From: a virus
Length of the DNA stretch: 64,000 bases
Reading direction: 5' to 3' (one strand)
IMG/VR virus record: IMGVR_UViG_3300007512_002775
Coordinates: 10,948-74,947 of that record
Shown: one piece after another, positions 26,564 through 36,083 of the stretch
Layout of the letters: the number at the start of each line of letters is the position of its first letter
Numbering within the stretch: position 1 is the stretch's first letter
Notes under the pieces: generated by a model
What the model saw: the letters and a program-made list of their open reading frames with translations, nothing else
Told to the model about the DNA's origin: nothing
Databases searched by the model: none
Translations under genes and position numbers: made by a program

Positions 26564-26935
26564 CTATTGAACTTCTCCGGCATGGGGTTGGCCAACTAAA
26601 TTATCTTTGATTCGATAATTAATATCTAAGCCTTTTTTAAAAGCAACTCCCAAGGGTTCTAAGTCTAAAGCTGCCCTTACTTTGTCGTAAGTTTCTGAGT
26701 CTAGATTCTCCTTGAGAACCAGCATATCTGCATATTGATGCAAGTCTAGAACAGAAACAGGCAAATCTTCGCCTTCTGGTCCCGGTTCGATCTCACCGGT
26801 CTCCCTAGACTCGAATATGAAGATAACTTTTGGCATTTCCTCTTCAGGAGGAACAGGGATAAATGGAATACTAGTTGTTAAAGAATCGTCCAACTCCCCT
26901 TCATACATAATCTCTGGGATCCAGTGCTTGCTCAT
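26564..26935 (-). CDS. Hypothetical protein
   Basis: GAGG RBS; fits packing. Confidence 0.65.
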   Translation of the reverse strand: MSKHWIPEIMYEGELDDSLTTSIPFIPVPPEEEMPKVIFIFESRETGEIEPGPEGEDLPVSVLDLHQYADMLVLKENLDSETYDKVRAALDLEPLGVAFKKGLDINYRIKDNLVGQPHAGEVQ

Positions 26936-26994
26936 GCTTTACCTCAGGTAATCTATAACGTTTCACGCAATATTATGCGTTGCCATTTTTTTGT

Positions 26995-28299
26995 TTATTC
27001 ACCTTCCACCGTAGAAGCTGCTGCAGCTTGAAGATCCTCTTTGGCTTTCTGAACATCTTGCAAGAGCTCTTTACCACCTGGGGTGGTCATCAACGCGTTG
27101 GCGATCGCTTCTGTAGGCTCTTTTTCTTGGAGAGCCGCCATAGCTTTCTGGAGGAGTAGCGGTTTTCCGGTAGTTAGTTGCTCGTCAAAATTCTTCTTTG
27201 CATTAACAAAGACCACTTTCTCTGCCGCAGTCAAGGCTTCCTCATCAGATATATCCGGCACTTCTTCTCCTTGGCCACCTTTTTGTTGAGCAGCTTGCTG
27301 GCGAAATTCTTCAGACTGGGCCATCTTTTGCGCGGTCTGCTTTATTTCTGCGGACATTGCTTCTAGCCCTGTCGCTCCTAAATCTAAACCCTTTTCAGCG
27401 GCCTTATCAATTATCGATAAAAAAGTATCAACATCGGTCGCTTTTTCCAGGCTGTTTATCACTTGAAGCTGCAAAATAACCGGTGGGACTGTGCCATCCT
27501 CTGCAGCCACGCCTATCTCTTCCATGTAGTCAGCCTGGATCTCTTCTAGCTCCTGGGCTTGCTTAGCGAATATCTCATCCAAGCCTGTTTCATCGAAATA
27601 AGTTTTCAGAGCGTCTTCCAAGTTGGGTTTTTGATCATCGCCTGCTGCAGGCTCAGCTTCTTGCTCTAAGAGGAGCCTGCCTGCCACGATATCGATCGCC
27701 TCGTTGGTACCAAGGTAAAAAAGGCCAGCTAGCTTTTGAAGCAGACTCTTGTCTTTGCCACCGGCAGCCGCTCCTGCGGCGCCGGCTTTTTTGGCGCCCC
27801 CTCCGGAGGCGGGCTCTTGCACGTCGCCACCCACAATGAGGCCGGCCAAAGGTATTCGCCAGCCGGATTGATCCAAGTAATCATAAATGTTGTCCGCTTT
27901 ATCCCAGATTTGCATTGCAGCTTCCGAAGCAATATAATAGTGAGGAGCCAAGACGAGTGCAATAATGTCAGCATCGCCACTCGCCAGGGCCTCCTGGTTC
28001 TTTTTGAGTATCGGTTCCCACTTCTTCTTGATCTTTTCGTGTCGGTCATCGTATTTTGCTGATGCTTTTTCCACAGCTTCCGGACTAAAGGCGAAGAGCA
28101 GGTCCAAAGAAAATTTTGCTGCACTGAGTATGTCTTGACCAGTGAGTTTAGCCGCGTCAACGATGTCAGCAAACGGTTCTACAAAAGCTTTATAGAGGCT
28201 CTCCTCATTGAGCTGTCTGGCTTTGACGATCGCGCTGCGGTGGGCCTGCCGGATCTTTTGCTTGTAGATGGCCTCAGTAAGTTTTTGGTTCATAAACAC
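26995..28299 (-). CDS. Hypothetical helical acidic protein, probable virion/internal protein
   Basis: LTE, LNEE, LLEQE sites; ATAATTA upstream. Confidence 0.65.
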   Translation of the reverse strand: MFMNQKLTEAIYKQKIRQAHRSAIVKARQLNEESLYKAFVEPFADIVDAAKLTGQDILSAAKFSLDLLFAFSPEAVEKASAKYDDRHEKIKKKWEPILKKNQEALASGDADIIALVLAPHYYIASEAAMQIWDKADNIYDYLDQSGWRIPLAGLIVGGDVQEPASGGGAKKAGAAGAAAGGKDKSLLQKLAGLFYLGTNEAIDIVAGRLLLEQEAEPAAGDDQKPNLEDALKTYFDETGLDEIFAKQAQELEEIQADYMEEIGVAAEDGTVPPVILQLQVINSLEKATDVDTFLSIIDKAAEKGLDLGATGLEAMSAEIKQTAQKMAQSEEFRQQAAQQKGGQGEEVPDISDEEALTAAEKVVFVNAKKNFDEQLTTGKPLLLQKAMAALQEKEPTEAIANALMTTPGGKELLQDVQKAKEDLQAAAASTVEGE

Positions 28300-28307
28300 C
28301 TCAGGTA

Positions 28308-28315
28308 ATAATTAT
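28308..28315. promoter_or_regulatory. Bidirectional ATAATTA (class B, late-like) motif
   Basis: ATAATTA reads on both strands between divergent genes 28299(-) and 28345(+). Confidence 0.5.
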
Positions 28316-28344
28316 ACTGTAACCAGCGGAGAGGTATATACAAC

Positions 28345-28950
28345 ATGTACATAGGACTAGTGCCCATGGCCGCCAAACCATACCACGCCGGCCATCATTG
28401 GCTTGTAGAGAAGGCAGCAGGCGAAAATGACCACGTCATTCTATTCGTCTCAACCTCAGATCGAAAAAGAAAAGGCGAAAAACCCATCTTAGGCCGTGAC
28501 ATGGTAAGAGTGTGGCAGGAAGAATTGGAGCCAGTAATGCCGGCCAACGTAGAGATCCGATACGGGGGCTCTCCGGTACAAAACGTCTACAAAGAGATCC
28601 AAGAAGCAGGGGAAATCGGCTCCGAGGACACTTACTTCGTCTACTCCGATGCGGCGGATACCGCTCTAAACTACCCAGAAAAGAACCGGATCCGCTGGAT
28701 GGAGCCTCTCTACGGCTTGGGCCAAGTACGATTCCCTGGAGAGGAGGATCCGGCCGGTTTCACCCGAGGAGAAGGGTCGCCGAACGTGAGCGGCACTGCC
28801 ATGAGGCAGGCCATACAAGGGTGTGACATGGAGGCCTTTCGTGCAGGCCTTCCTGATGGAGTCGATGCCGAAAATGTTTACAACATCCTCTGCGGAAAAG
28901 TCAATGAGCGATACCTACGCACGTATGTACGAGCAATCATCGCCGGCTGA
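28345..28950 (+). CDS. HIGH-family nucleotidyltransferase (cytidyltransferase/NMNAT-like) with C-terminal tag
   Basis: KPYHAGH, SGTAMR; ends NERYLRTYVRAIIAG. Confidence 0.82.
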   Translation: MYIGLVPMAAKPYHAGHHWLVEKAAGENDHVILFVSTSDRKRKGEKPILGRDMVRVWQEELEPVMPANVEIRYGGSPVQNVYKEIQEAGEIGSEDTYFVYSDAADTALNYPEKNRIRWMEPLYGLGQVRFPGEEDPAGFTRGEGSPNVSGTAMRQAIQGCDMEAFRAGLPDGVDAENVYNILCGKVNERYLRTYVRAIIAG

Positions 28951-29451
28951 TCAGTGCGGGATCAGATGAGACTCAAAATCAACATCTAGAGGCGCGATGG
29001 CTCGGCCGATGGCTTGAATGTTCTCAGGATTATCCTCAAACAATCGAACAGCATCAAACTCGCCGTCCTTGAGGCGGCCCAAAACGTACAGAGCTTTGGC
29101 CATCGGATTAGAGGTGCCAGTCGCTCGTACATCGATCCCCGGAACCCCGTTGTCAGCCATGAACTGGCGAACCGGTTCGTCCTCAGCGCGCGCCGTGAGG
29201 ATGGCCACTGAGTCCAGTCCATCTTGGGCGACTGCGGCCTTTAGCTCGCCGAAGACGTCGTCGATGATCTGCGCATCGACCGGATACACATCGAACTCAT
29301 CAAAGTCGAATTCTTCGTCTCCTTGCGGATGGTACTGTGCATACTCATCGGATGTGAGAGCTTCGCGAGTACCGTCCGGACGAATCAAGTAGATCACGGC
29401 TTCTGACCTGACGAGAGTATCGTCAAAGTCGAATATGTGCAAAATAGCCAT
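28951..29451 (-). CDS. HAD-superfamily phosphatase (RNA-repair/PNKP-type)
   Basis: FDFDDTL, LTAR, K, FEDNPEN. Confidence 0.8.
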   Translation of the reverse strand: MAILHIFDFDDTLVRSEAVIYLIRPDGTREALTSDEYAQYHPQGDEEFDFDEFDVYPVDAQIIDDVFGELKAAVAQDGLDSVAILTARAEDEPVRQFMADNGVPGIDVRATGTSNPMAKALYVLGRLKDGEFDAVRLFEDNPENIQAIGRAIAPLDVDFESHLIPH

Positions 29452-29497
29452 ATTCTTAAATAGATCTTAATTGGGGAGTTTGGTATTTACAACCAGA

Positions 29498-29809
29498 TCA
29501 GAACGTTTCAGGGAGGCGGGTCCAGACCCTCTCTCCCCATTCCACTCGATCGCTGCCGTGCACTCCGGCGTTTTCGAGCTCGACGTCGATCAAGCTTTGG
29601 ATCGCATCCTCGTCCGCAATGTCGACGGCTCCTGCATCGATGGCGTTGATGACTATCAAAGCCACATCATCCAAAGTCTCTCCGGATGCCGATCGCATGT
29701 GAGGGCCATCCCATGCACCGGGAGGCCATCGGATGCCAGGCCGCAACTGGCCTTCGCTCAGCAGACTCTCTCTGATGATCCGCCTGAGCTTGTTTTCGGT
29801 GATCCTCAT
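29498..29809 (-). CDS. Small protein with MRITENKLRRIIRE tag
   Basis: Tag then LLSE. Confidence 0.7.
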   Translation of the reverse strand: MRITENKLRRIIRESLLSEGQLRPGIRWPPGAWDGPHMRSASGETLDDVALIVINAIDAGAVDIADEDAIQSLIDVELENAGVHGSDRVEWGERVWTRLPETF

Positions 29810-29810
29810 C

Positions 29811-30068
29811 TTAAACGTAGACTCCCTGCGAGGGAACATTCCGGCGGAGCCGGCTCTCAACATCCCTGAGGGCTGCAGCGAGGGCATCCACTACGGCACC
29901 GTCTTCGAGATCCAGATCGGTATACATCTGTTCTTCATACAGCATCTCTAGGATGTGATCAGCCATGCTCTGCTGCAGATCTGCCATCTCCGGGTCGATC
30001 TGCTCGGATACAAGCTTCCGCTTCTCTTCGCGGATGATCCGTCTTAGCTGTCGTTTTGTTACTTTCAC
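29811..30068 (-). CDS. Small protein with MKVTKRQLRRIIREE tag
   Basis: Tag; ATACTTA upstream (30088-30094). Confidence 0.75.
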   Translation of the reverse strand: MKVTKRQLRRIIREEKRKLVSEQIDPEMADLQQSMADHILEMLYEEQMYTDLDLEDGAVVDALAAALRDVESRLRRNVPSQGVYV

Positions 30069-30106
30069 CTTAGACTCCTATGTGGCATAAGTATGATCCT
30101 CTATGC

Positions 30107-31591
30107 CTAAACTTTTATCCTATCGATCACCTGTGGCGAGCTCACAGCCAGCTGCTTGTAGAGCTTCTTGACGATGGCCTTGGTGATGTCCCCCATCTCT
30201 TTTTTGGTCGCCTTGTTCTTCAGCGTCTTCTCGACCTCCTTCTGGATGGTCTTCGCCAGATCGTTGCCGACGACTTTATCGATCTCCTTCTTGGCCTGCT
30301 TGCGCGCAATGCGCTCGATCTCACGCTTGTCAGTCTTGGTCAGCTCTTCGATGAGGAGGGACTCGTTGATGTACTCGCCGAGAAGCTCCCCCATGTCGTC
30401 GGCGACTGCTTGATGGATTGGGCCGGCCCCAAGGCCACCCCCAATAGGATCATAAAGTACGTCGTCTGAGCTAGGAGTTCTTGGTACCTTTCCTTTCTGC
30501 ACTTGCCCAGACCACTTAATCAAACCCGAAGGATCGGTGAAAAAATCATTGCTATCTGCCCGAAACTTTCCGCGGGTGTCTTTGCTCGTCATAGCCCCCC
30601 ATGCAGTCGATGGTCGGAACCTTAGAGTCATTTGCTCTTCTCCCTCGGCGTATTTTTTCGCTTCGTTTGAAATAGATTTTATAGTAGATAACACTGCGTC
30701 CAATTCTCCCAGACTCATCGTGGGGGAGGTCACGTCATGCGTCAACACACCATCAGCCCGGCGCGGATTATTACTATCTCCGCCGAGAACAACCTCTAAA
30801 AAGGGAAGGTAATTCCGGCCTAACGCATCTTTTAGAGTAACGTAATAGTTATCCACTTGAAGAATGCTCTTAGGCATTACTTTTTGGCCCTTCCCCGAAA
30901 CATATTTTCCTACGACAACTAATTTGTCCTTCACTAGCTGGTCTAAGCGTGGGCCGCCTTTCGGGCCGGCAGTCATTTCACCCGGTTTAGTCGGATGAGG
31001 AACGTTTTTAGGCGGCCTAACGTCAGGAATTGTATTGCCATCCCAATTAGGAGGAACATATGATGGATCTACTTTATGAATAGAATTGAGCACAAGATCA
31101 TACGCTTTCTGAATTTGGGGTGCCTGACTTTTAGAATGAGCCTTAACTTTTTCGTACCAGGCGTCCACCATTTCTTGCGCTTCGGCCGTCGTGAAGACTG
31201 GCGTGCCGTCAGTTTGAATGGCCAGAAGCGATGACTTCAAGTCAGATCTGTCCATCCAATTGCCAACCATCGCAAAATTCAATTTTTTCATGCTCACGCC
31301 CAGCTGATCAGTGCCGTTTTCTCCTGCCAGCAAGACCACATCAGCTTTAGGTTCTGGCTGTCCACCTCCAGCTTGACATGCGCCCCATAATTCGCGCTCC
31401 CCTAAGTCACCTAACGATATCAAAATCGGTTGAACTTCTTCAGAGTTTGTTATAAAACAATCTTTACCAACAATAGCACCAGTAAGATTGTTGATGGAAT
31501 CGCTAAGGTTTCTCTCGCTTTGTTGGCCAGAGACAAACTCCACCAAGAGGCGTCGCACCCACTCTCGCAATAGTCGTTCGTTGGTCATCAT
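30107..31591 (-). CDS. Tagged protein with putative restriction-endonuclease-like (PD-(D/E)xK) domain
   Basis: N-terminal ERLLREWVRRLLVE; SE...PKADVVL...VSMK; C-terminal INE/IEE module. Confidence 0.6.
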   Translation of the reverse strand: MMTNERLLREWVRRLLVEFVSGQQSERNLSDSINNLTGAIVGKDCFITNSEEVQPILISLGDLGERELWGACQAGGGQPEPKADVVLLAGENGTDQLGVSMKKLNFAMVGNWMDRSDLKSSLLAIQTDGTPVFTTAEAQEMVDAWYEKVKAHSKSQAPQIQKAYDLVLNSIHKVDPSYVPPNWDGNTIPDVRPPKNVPHPTKPGEMTAGPKGGPRLDQLVKDKLVVVGKYVSGKGQKVMPKSILQVDNYYVTLKDALGRNYLPFLEVVLGGDSNNPRRADGVLTHDVTSPTMSLGELDAVLSTIKSISNEAKKYAEGEEQMTLRFRPSTAWGAMTSKDTRGKFRADSNDFFTDPSGLIKWSGQVQKGKVPRTPSSDDVLYDPIGGGLGAGPIHQAVADDMGELLGEYINESLLIEELTKTDKREIERIARKQAKKEIDKVVGNDLAKTIQKEVEKTLKNKATKKEMGDITKAIVKKLYKQLAVSSPQVIDRIKV

Positions 31592-32886
31592 CCCGCCAGA
31601 ATCATGCTCTTGATATAAGTACGCAGCAACGCCTCTCCTTGACCCTTGGGAATGCGATAAGATGCGCCAATGATCTGGTTCAGCGGCGCGAACGCCCCGG
31701 TCAGCTTGTAGAGCGCCTTGCTGCCAGGCGGGTGTTCGAAGACGATGCCCTCCATGGAGGACGAAATGTTATCAGGAGAGCCGAGCTTGTCGAGCTGTCG
31801 TTTGAGCATGTCGCGGCGCGCATCAGCCTTGGCGTCACGGGCCCCTTCGATCGCAGCGACGGCGGACTCCAGCTCGCTCTTCAGGCGATCGATCTCCTCA
31901 TTGTGACCGGCAGTCAACACCGAGGCCGTGTCGCGCAGCACCTCGACCGCCAGATCGTGGATCGCCAGCTGCACCGGGACCGTCACAGCACCAGAGGCTT
32001 TCATGGCGTTCGTCTGTGTGCCGAGCGCACTGACCTGGCGCTGCACGTCTCGATTCAGGCCGCTCTTGATGTCGGCCAGCTGCGGCAGCGTGTCCGGATC
32101 CAGGCCCCGGCCGAGGCCGACGATGCGACGGATCAGATCCTCTTGCTTGTTGACGGCGATCGGCAGATTTCCGACGGGCCCTTGGCGCAGCTTCTCCTCG
32201 ACGAACTCTGCCATGGTCTGATCGTCTCTGACCCCCAGGGCGTCGATCTTACTCACGAAGTCCGAGTGCACCTCGGTGCCGCTCAAGTCCTGCAGCTCGA
32301 TCACTTGCGGGCCGATGATGTTCCACTGCGCCTCGTCCTGCTCTGCCTGCGCGGCGTCGATTGCGGTCACCAGCCGATCGAAGTCGTCCTCACCGCGGAG
32401 CTGCACGCCGACGAGATTGCCTTCCGCATCGAACTCCTGCAGGTTGTGCATGACGACGTAGTCGCCGCCGTATACGATGACGTTGGGATTGCCGGTGTAG
32501 ACGATCTCAGCATTGATGTAACGCTGGCCACCGGGCGTTTGTGGTTCGAATATGTCGGCTAGCGCCGATTGGTCCAGGCTGGCAAGCCCACCCTCGATGG
32601 CCGCAAAGCCGCCGGTGAACGCGCTCTCCGCCGGATGGCCGACCCACTTGGAAGCGAACTCCTCCGGGGTCATGCCGCCGGCGAGCATGTTGCCCTTGTT
32701 GCGTGCGGTCCGAATGGTACCGGTCTGGGGGTCTACTTGGAACTTGAAGAATATGTTTTGGCCATCGACCTTCTCGACGACCGGGGTCTCGGCTGCCACG
32801 ACATCCGCCAAGAGGTCTTTGAGTTCACCGAAGGTGAAGTCTAAGTTCTCGTGTAAGTGTGCTAGATGTCCGGCGAGTGCGCCCAC
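31588..32886 (-). CDS. Ligase/nucleotidyltransferase-fold protein (DUF6267-like) with C-terminal tag
   Basis: HLAHLHE, EKVDG (motif I), EGIVF (IV), YKLTG (V); ends EALLRTYIKSMILAG. Confidence 0.7.
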   Translation of the reverse strand: MGALAGHLAHLHENLDFTFGELKDLLADVVAAETPVVEKVDGQNIFFKFQVDPQTGTIRTARNKGNMLAGGMTPEEFASKWVGHPAESAFTGGFAAIEGGLASLDQSALADIFEPQTPGGQRYINAEIVYTGNPNVIVYGGDYVVMHNLQEFDAEGNLVGVQLRGEDDFDRLVTAIDAAQAEQDEAQWNIIGPQVIELQDLSGTEVHSDFVSKIDALGVRDDQTMAEFVEEKLRQGPVGNLPIAVNKQEDLIRRIVGLGRGLDPDTLPQLADIKSGLNRDVQRQVSALGTQTNAMKASGAVTVPVQLAIHDLAVEVLRDTASVLTAGHNEEIDRLKSELESAVAAIEGARDAKADARRDMLKRQLDKLGSPDNISSSMEGIVFEHPPGSKALYKLTGAFAPLNQIIGASYRIPKGQGEALLRTYIKSMILAG

Positions 32887-32915
32887 GTGGCCTCCTGTGC
32901 GTTACGGTGTGATCC

Positions 32916-32943
32916 ATTATAACACACGAACGCAGAAAATGCA
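32916..32943 (-). promoter_or_regulatory. Class A promoter variant (TGCATT-N16-TATAAT)
   Basis: Motif variant in intergenic gap. Confidence 0.5.
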
Positions 32944-34104
32944 CTAAAGAAGACCGGCAAGGCTTCGCCAGCGTTCCATGATCAGGTCGTCAGAACTGTT
33001 CTGAGATCTGGCCGACTCGTGGGCCATGCCTTTTTGTTGGCGACCCAGAGCGTTTCCTAACGAAGTGAGCACCGGAATGATGTCACTAGCAGGCGCCATC
33101 ACCTTATGACCTTTGATAGAAGCACCCGGGTCGACGATCATCGTCCCGGACCAACGGTGGTGACCGTCCAAGATCTCATCACCACCCGTGATGTAAGCCC
33201 CTAGCTCCTTGCCGTCGAAGCCTCCACCTAAAGCAAACGCGAGAGATTTTCCGACGAGAACATTGCTCTGTGTGGGAATCATGGCAGCCACGTCGATCGG
33301 CTCGTTCTCTTTGACCTCGATCGAATCGTCAGGCTCAGTCTCATCCTTCAAGCCCTTGACGAGGAAGCTCAGAGCCAGGCCCTTGATGTCGTCAATGACG
33401 ACCTTTTCTTTCTCCCCCTTTACGGGCGCACCGGGCATCCCAGCCTTGTGCTTTTGAGGATACTTGTCTTCCAACAGACGCGCAGCCAAACGATCGTAGG
33501 CTTCTTCCTTGACCTCTTCTTTCTTCGCTTGAGAGGCATGCCACGCCTCAACGTCCTCTTCGCCACCGGCCAACGGATCGGCCATGTCGATGTTCAGCTG
33601 GCCGCCAGGCTCCAATGCATCTTTGACATGATCGATATCGCTGGGCTCGAGCGCTGGCATCTGATCTTTTGGTTTTCCGCCTGTGGGAAGTTTGCCTTGC
33701 ACGTTTGCAATGTTATCTCGCAAAAAGGAAGGCCCCTTTTCTAGAACCCAAGCCGCAATCGCCTTGATGCCTTCCGGGGTATCCGCCTTTGGAATCCCTG
33801 GGGTGTGCTCAGGGTTATGAAAGGCCGCGATAGCTGCGTAGACCGGCGCTTCAGGATCGCCGCTAGCCAATTGAGCCACGAGCTCAGTCGCATCGATTTT
33901 TGTTATATTATCATTCCCACTAAACGCAGTCATTTGTGGATTCTGGAACTCGGTTGGGAGGCCTTCTATTGCAGCTTCTTCTGCTGTCGCCTCTTCCTGT
34001 TCGAATAACAACGAAACCAAAGGCGTACTACGCATTGGCCGCTGCGAATTAGTGACTTCCTGTATGATCATCGAACGCAGCTCGTTAGCTGTGAGTTTTT
34101 TCAT
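32944..34104 (-). CDS. ParB/sulfiredoxin-like domain protein with N- and C-terminal tags
   Basis: IPTQ...ILDGHHRW; starts MKKLTANELRSMIIQEV; ends MERWRSLAGLL. Confidence 0.7.
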   Translation of the reverse strand: MKKLTANELRSMIIQEVTNSQRPMRSTPLVSLLFEQEEATAEEAAIEGLPTEFQNPQMTAFSGNDNITKIDATELVAQLASGDPEAPVYAAIAAFHNPEHTPGIPKADTPEGIKAIAAWVLEKGPSFLRDNIANVQGKLPTGGKPKDQMPALEPSDIDHVKDALEPGGQLNIDMADPLAGGEEDVEAWHASQAKKEEVKEEAYDRLAARLLEDKYPQKHKAGMPGAPVKGEKEKVVIDDIKGLALSFLVKGLKDETEPDDSIEVKENEPIDVAAMIPTQSNVLVGKSLAFALGGGFDGKELGAYITGGDEILDGHHRWSGTMIVDPGASIKGHKVMAPASDIIPVLTSLGNALGRQQKGMAHESARSQNSSDDLIMERWRSLAGLL

Positions 34105-34140
34105 AGCGGGCCCTCTCCTCATGCCTCAGCACTAAATATG

Positions 34141-34413
34141 TTATTCCGGCTGAAGTCTCTGTGCTCTTCTCAGTTTTCGACGCAACACCTTGAGCAACCC
34201 ATTATAATGCTCACGTGCGTCCGTGCGCCCGGGACAAGCGTCGCGGTCTTCACAGGCATCTTCAATCCTGTATTGAAGATCTTTCACGCACCTAGGGCTG
34301 TCCATCCGAACCTGTTTACCATTGATGCATCGGTGCATCTCAGATGCGTCATCCGCTCTCACTGCCTCGGCGAGGCGCGCGCGCAATCGCCTCTTTAGTT
34401 GAGAGCGTCTCAC
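34141..34413 (-). CDS. Hypothetical tagged protein
   Basis: MRRSQLKRRLRARLAE. Confidence 0.6.
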   Translation of the reverse strand: MRRSQLKRRLRARLAEAVRADDASEMHRCINGKQVRMDSPRCVKDLQYRIEDACEDRDACPGRTDAREHYNGLLKVLRRKLRRAQRLQPE

Positions 34414-35141
34414 GATAGGCTCTTGTATGCCTCGAGAATCTTTCTAATGTGACCTTTTTGCTGCTGCTCGCCGACGATGATCGGAGCTTCTTCGGTGCCG
34501 GCCCCTTGCGGCTTCTCCTTTTCTTTGACCTTCACAGTGACTTTTTCTTTTTTAGTAGGCGAGGTCTCCCCCTTTTTCACCCGTAGTCCCACATCGCCTG
34601 GATCAATCGCCTCGCCGCCAGAAACCACGCCGGCTAGAATCTGTGCTAAAGCTGTCAAAAATATAAACAGAGACTCTCGCTCTTGTTTGGCTAAGCCTTT
34701 TAAATATTGATCGAAAGACTTGCGTACAGCAGGATCCTTCAACGATTTTCCGCCCCGGAGGGCATTGAGTTTATCAACCAAACTCTGTGCGGTCGCTTTA
34801 TCGATCTGTTGACCAGAAGGAGTGGCTAGTTTGGGAGAATCAGCTGTTCCTTTCCCTCCCGTTCTATCATCGCGAGGCTTCTCATCTTCCGGCCTAGGCA
34901 CGCCGGAAGATTGAGTTTCTTCTGTGTCCTCTTCGTTGTCGGCCTCAGCTTCGTCGACGTCATCAGCCGTCTTTGATTTGTCTTCAGCATTGAGGTTGCG
35001 TTTTTTCACAACTGTTGCCAACTTTTCTTGGCGTCGACGCTCATCGTCATCCTCTGTCAAATGAGTTCCGAGTACCTCTTTAACTGTTTTGAGCGTCTCT
35101 CGACGAACGAATCGATCGAGATTGTTTAAATTGATGCTCAT
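34410..35141 (-). CDS. Hypothetical protein (probable virion)
   Basis: LDRFVRRE, LTE; coupled. Confidence 0.65.
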   Translation of the reverse strand: MSINLNNLDRFVRRETLKTVKEVLGTHLTEDDDERRRQEKLATVVKKRNLNAEDKSKTADDVDEAEADNEEDTEETQSSGVPRPEDEKPRDDRTGGKGTADSPKLATPSGQQIDKATAQSLVDKLNALRGGKSLKDPAVRKSFDQYLKGLAKQERESLFIFLTALAQILAGVVSGGEAIDPGDVGLRVKKGETSPTKKEKVTVKVKEKEKPQGAGTEEAPIIVGEQQQKGHIRKILEAYKSLS

Positions 35142-35326
35142 TTTTGCTTCTCGTACGTCCGCAAATTCAATGGGTGTTCACGATACTTCCGTAACAAGCG
35201 CCGGGCATGCCAATTCTCTTCTTGGTCACGTCGGGCTTCTCGACGTACGTTAAGCTCATCCTCTTTTTTTTCTAGGTCCTGCATAAATTTTTCGAAAACA
35301 AACGTCTGCTGTTCACTCATTGTCAT
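35138..35326 (-). CDS. Small hypothetical protein
   Basis: Coupled overlaps; GAGG RBS. Confidence 0.55.
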   Translation of the reverse strand: MTMSEQQTFVFEKFMQDLEKKEDELNVRREARRDQEENWHARRLLRKYREHPLNLRTYEKQK

Positions 35327-35678
35327 TTTCCTCTTTATTAATTATCTCTTCCAAACTTAAGACCAAGTACTTAGTCGCTCCTTCATAAACCACTTTAAGC
35401 GACCTCATGAACCCAAACCTATGTTCACCATAACTGAATATGATCTCTGGTATCGGAGCGACGTCGCTAAAGTCTAGGCCTGGAACTTCTAGCTCAAATT
35501 CCCACACTTTATCCCCTGCATTCAACAATTGAGCACTCTTCAAACTGCATATAAACGTCATGCCGGCAAAGGTTATCGTAGGATCGTTGGTCGTATCTAC
35601 TCCCATGATGTTATCTAAATCATTACTCATGATCAAGTTATCCGGATTAGAAAGGGCTCTCTGGAATTCTAAATCCAT
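35313..35678 (-). CDS. Hypothetical protein
   Basis: Coupled overlaps. Confidence 0.55.
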   Translation of the reverse strand: MDLEFQRALSNPDNLIMSNDLDNIMGVDTTNDPTITFAGMTFICSLKSAQLLNAGDKVWEFELEVPGLDFSDVAPIPEIIFSYGEHRFGFMRSLKVVYEGATKYLVLSLEEIINKEENDNE

Positions 35679-36082
35679 TTTTTGGCCTCATCATAACCAT
35701 AATGCAATACATCTTGATAAATCCTATCTACGTGTCGAATGTACTCACGATCTAATTCGGTGATGCGTTCAACTGTGTGAGTATATACCCCAATTTGGAT
35801 CTTGTCATCGCTGATCTTCAATTCGCCGTGATGCTTCATTTCATCTTCGAACTTCAAGACTTCATTCACGAAATCAATTAAGCGGTATCTCTCTTTAAAA
35901 CTAAAAACACGAACGAACCGTTCTGGGCCGTCGACTACTTCCCATTTGGCTTTAGTTGCCTTGAGCGGTACTTCTTGTTCTAAAAGAAGGCCGGGCGAAA
36001 ATAAATGATCTTCGACAGGAGTTCGTATGGGGCTCCCCTCGGCATCAAAATACTCTTTCATTATTTTCGCAATTTCCTGCAT
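35669..36082 (-). CDS. Pterin-4-alpha-carbinolamine dehydratase with N-terminal extension
   Basis: W...RVFSF...FVN...EDEMKHHG...YTH...ITELD. Confidence 0.8.
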   Translation of the reverse strand: MQEIAKIMKEYFDAEGSPIRTPVEDHLFSPGLLLEQEVPLKATKAKWEVVDGPERFVRVFSFKERYRLIDFVNEVLKFEDEMKHHGELKISDDKIQIGVYTHTVERITELDREYIRHVDRIYQDVLHYGYDEAKKWI

Positions 36083-36083
36083 G

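Noticed and set aside
31639-32562. 307-aa plus-strand ORF and other long antisense ORFs (e.g. 51758-52495, 46233-46784)
   Set aside because: Shadows of GC-biased minus-strand genes; no motifs or RBS
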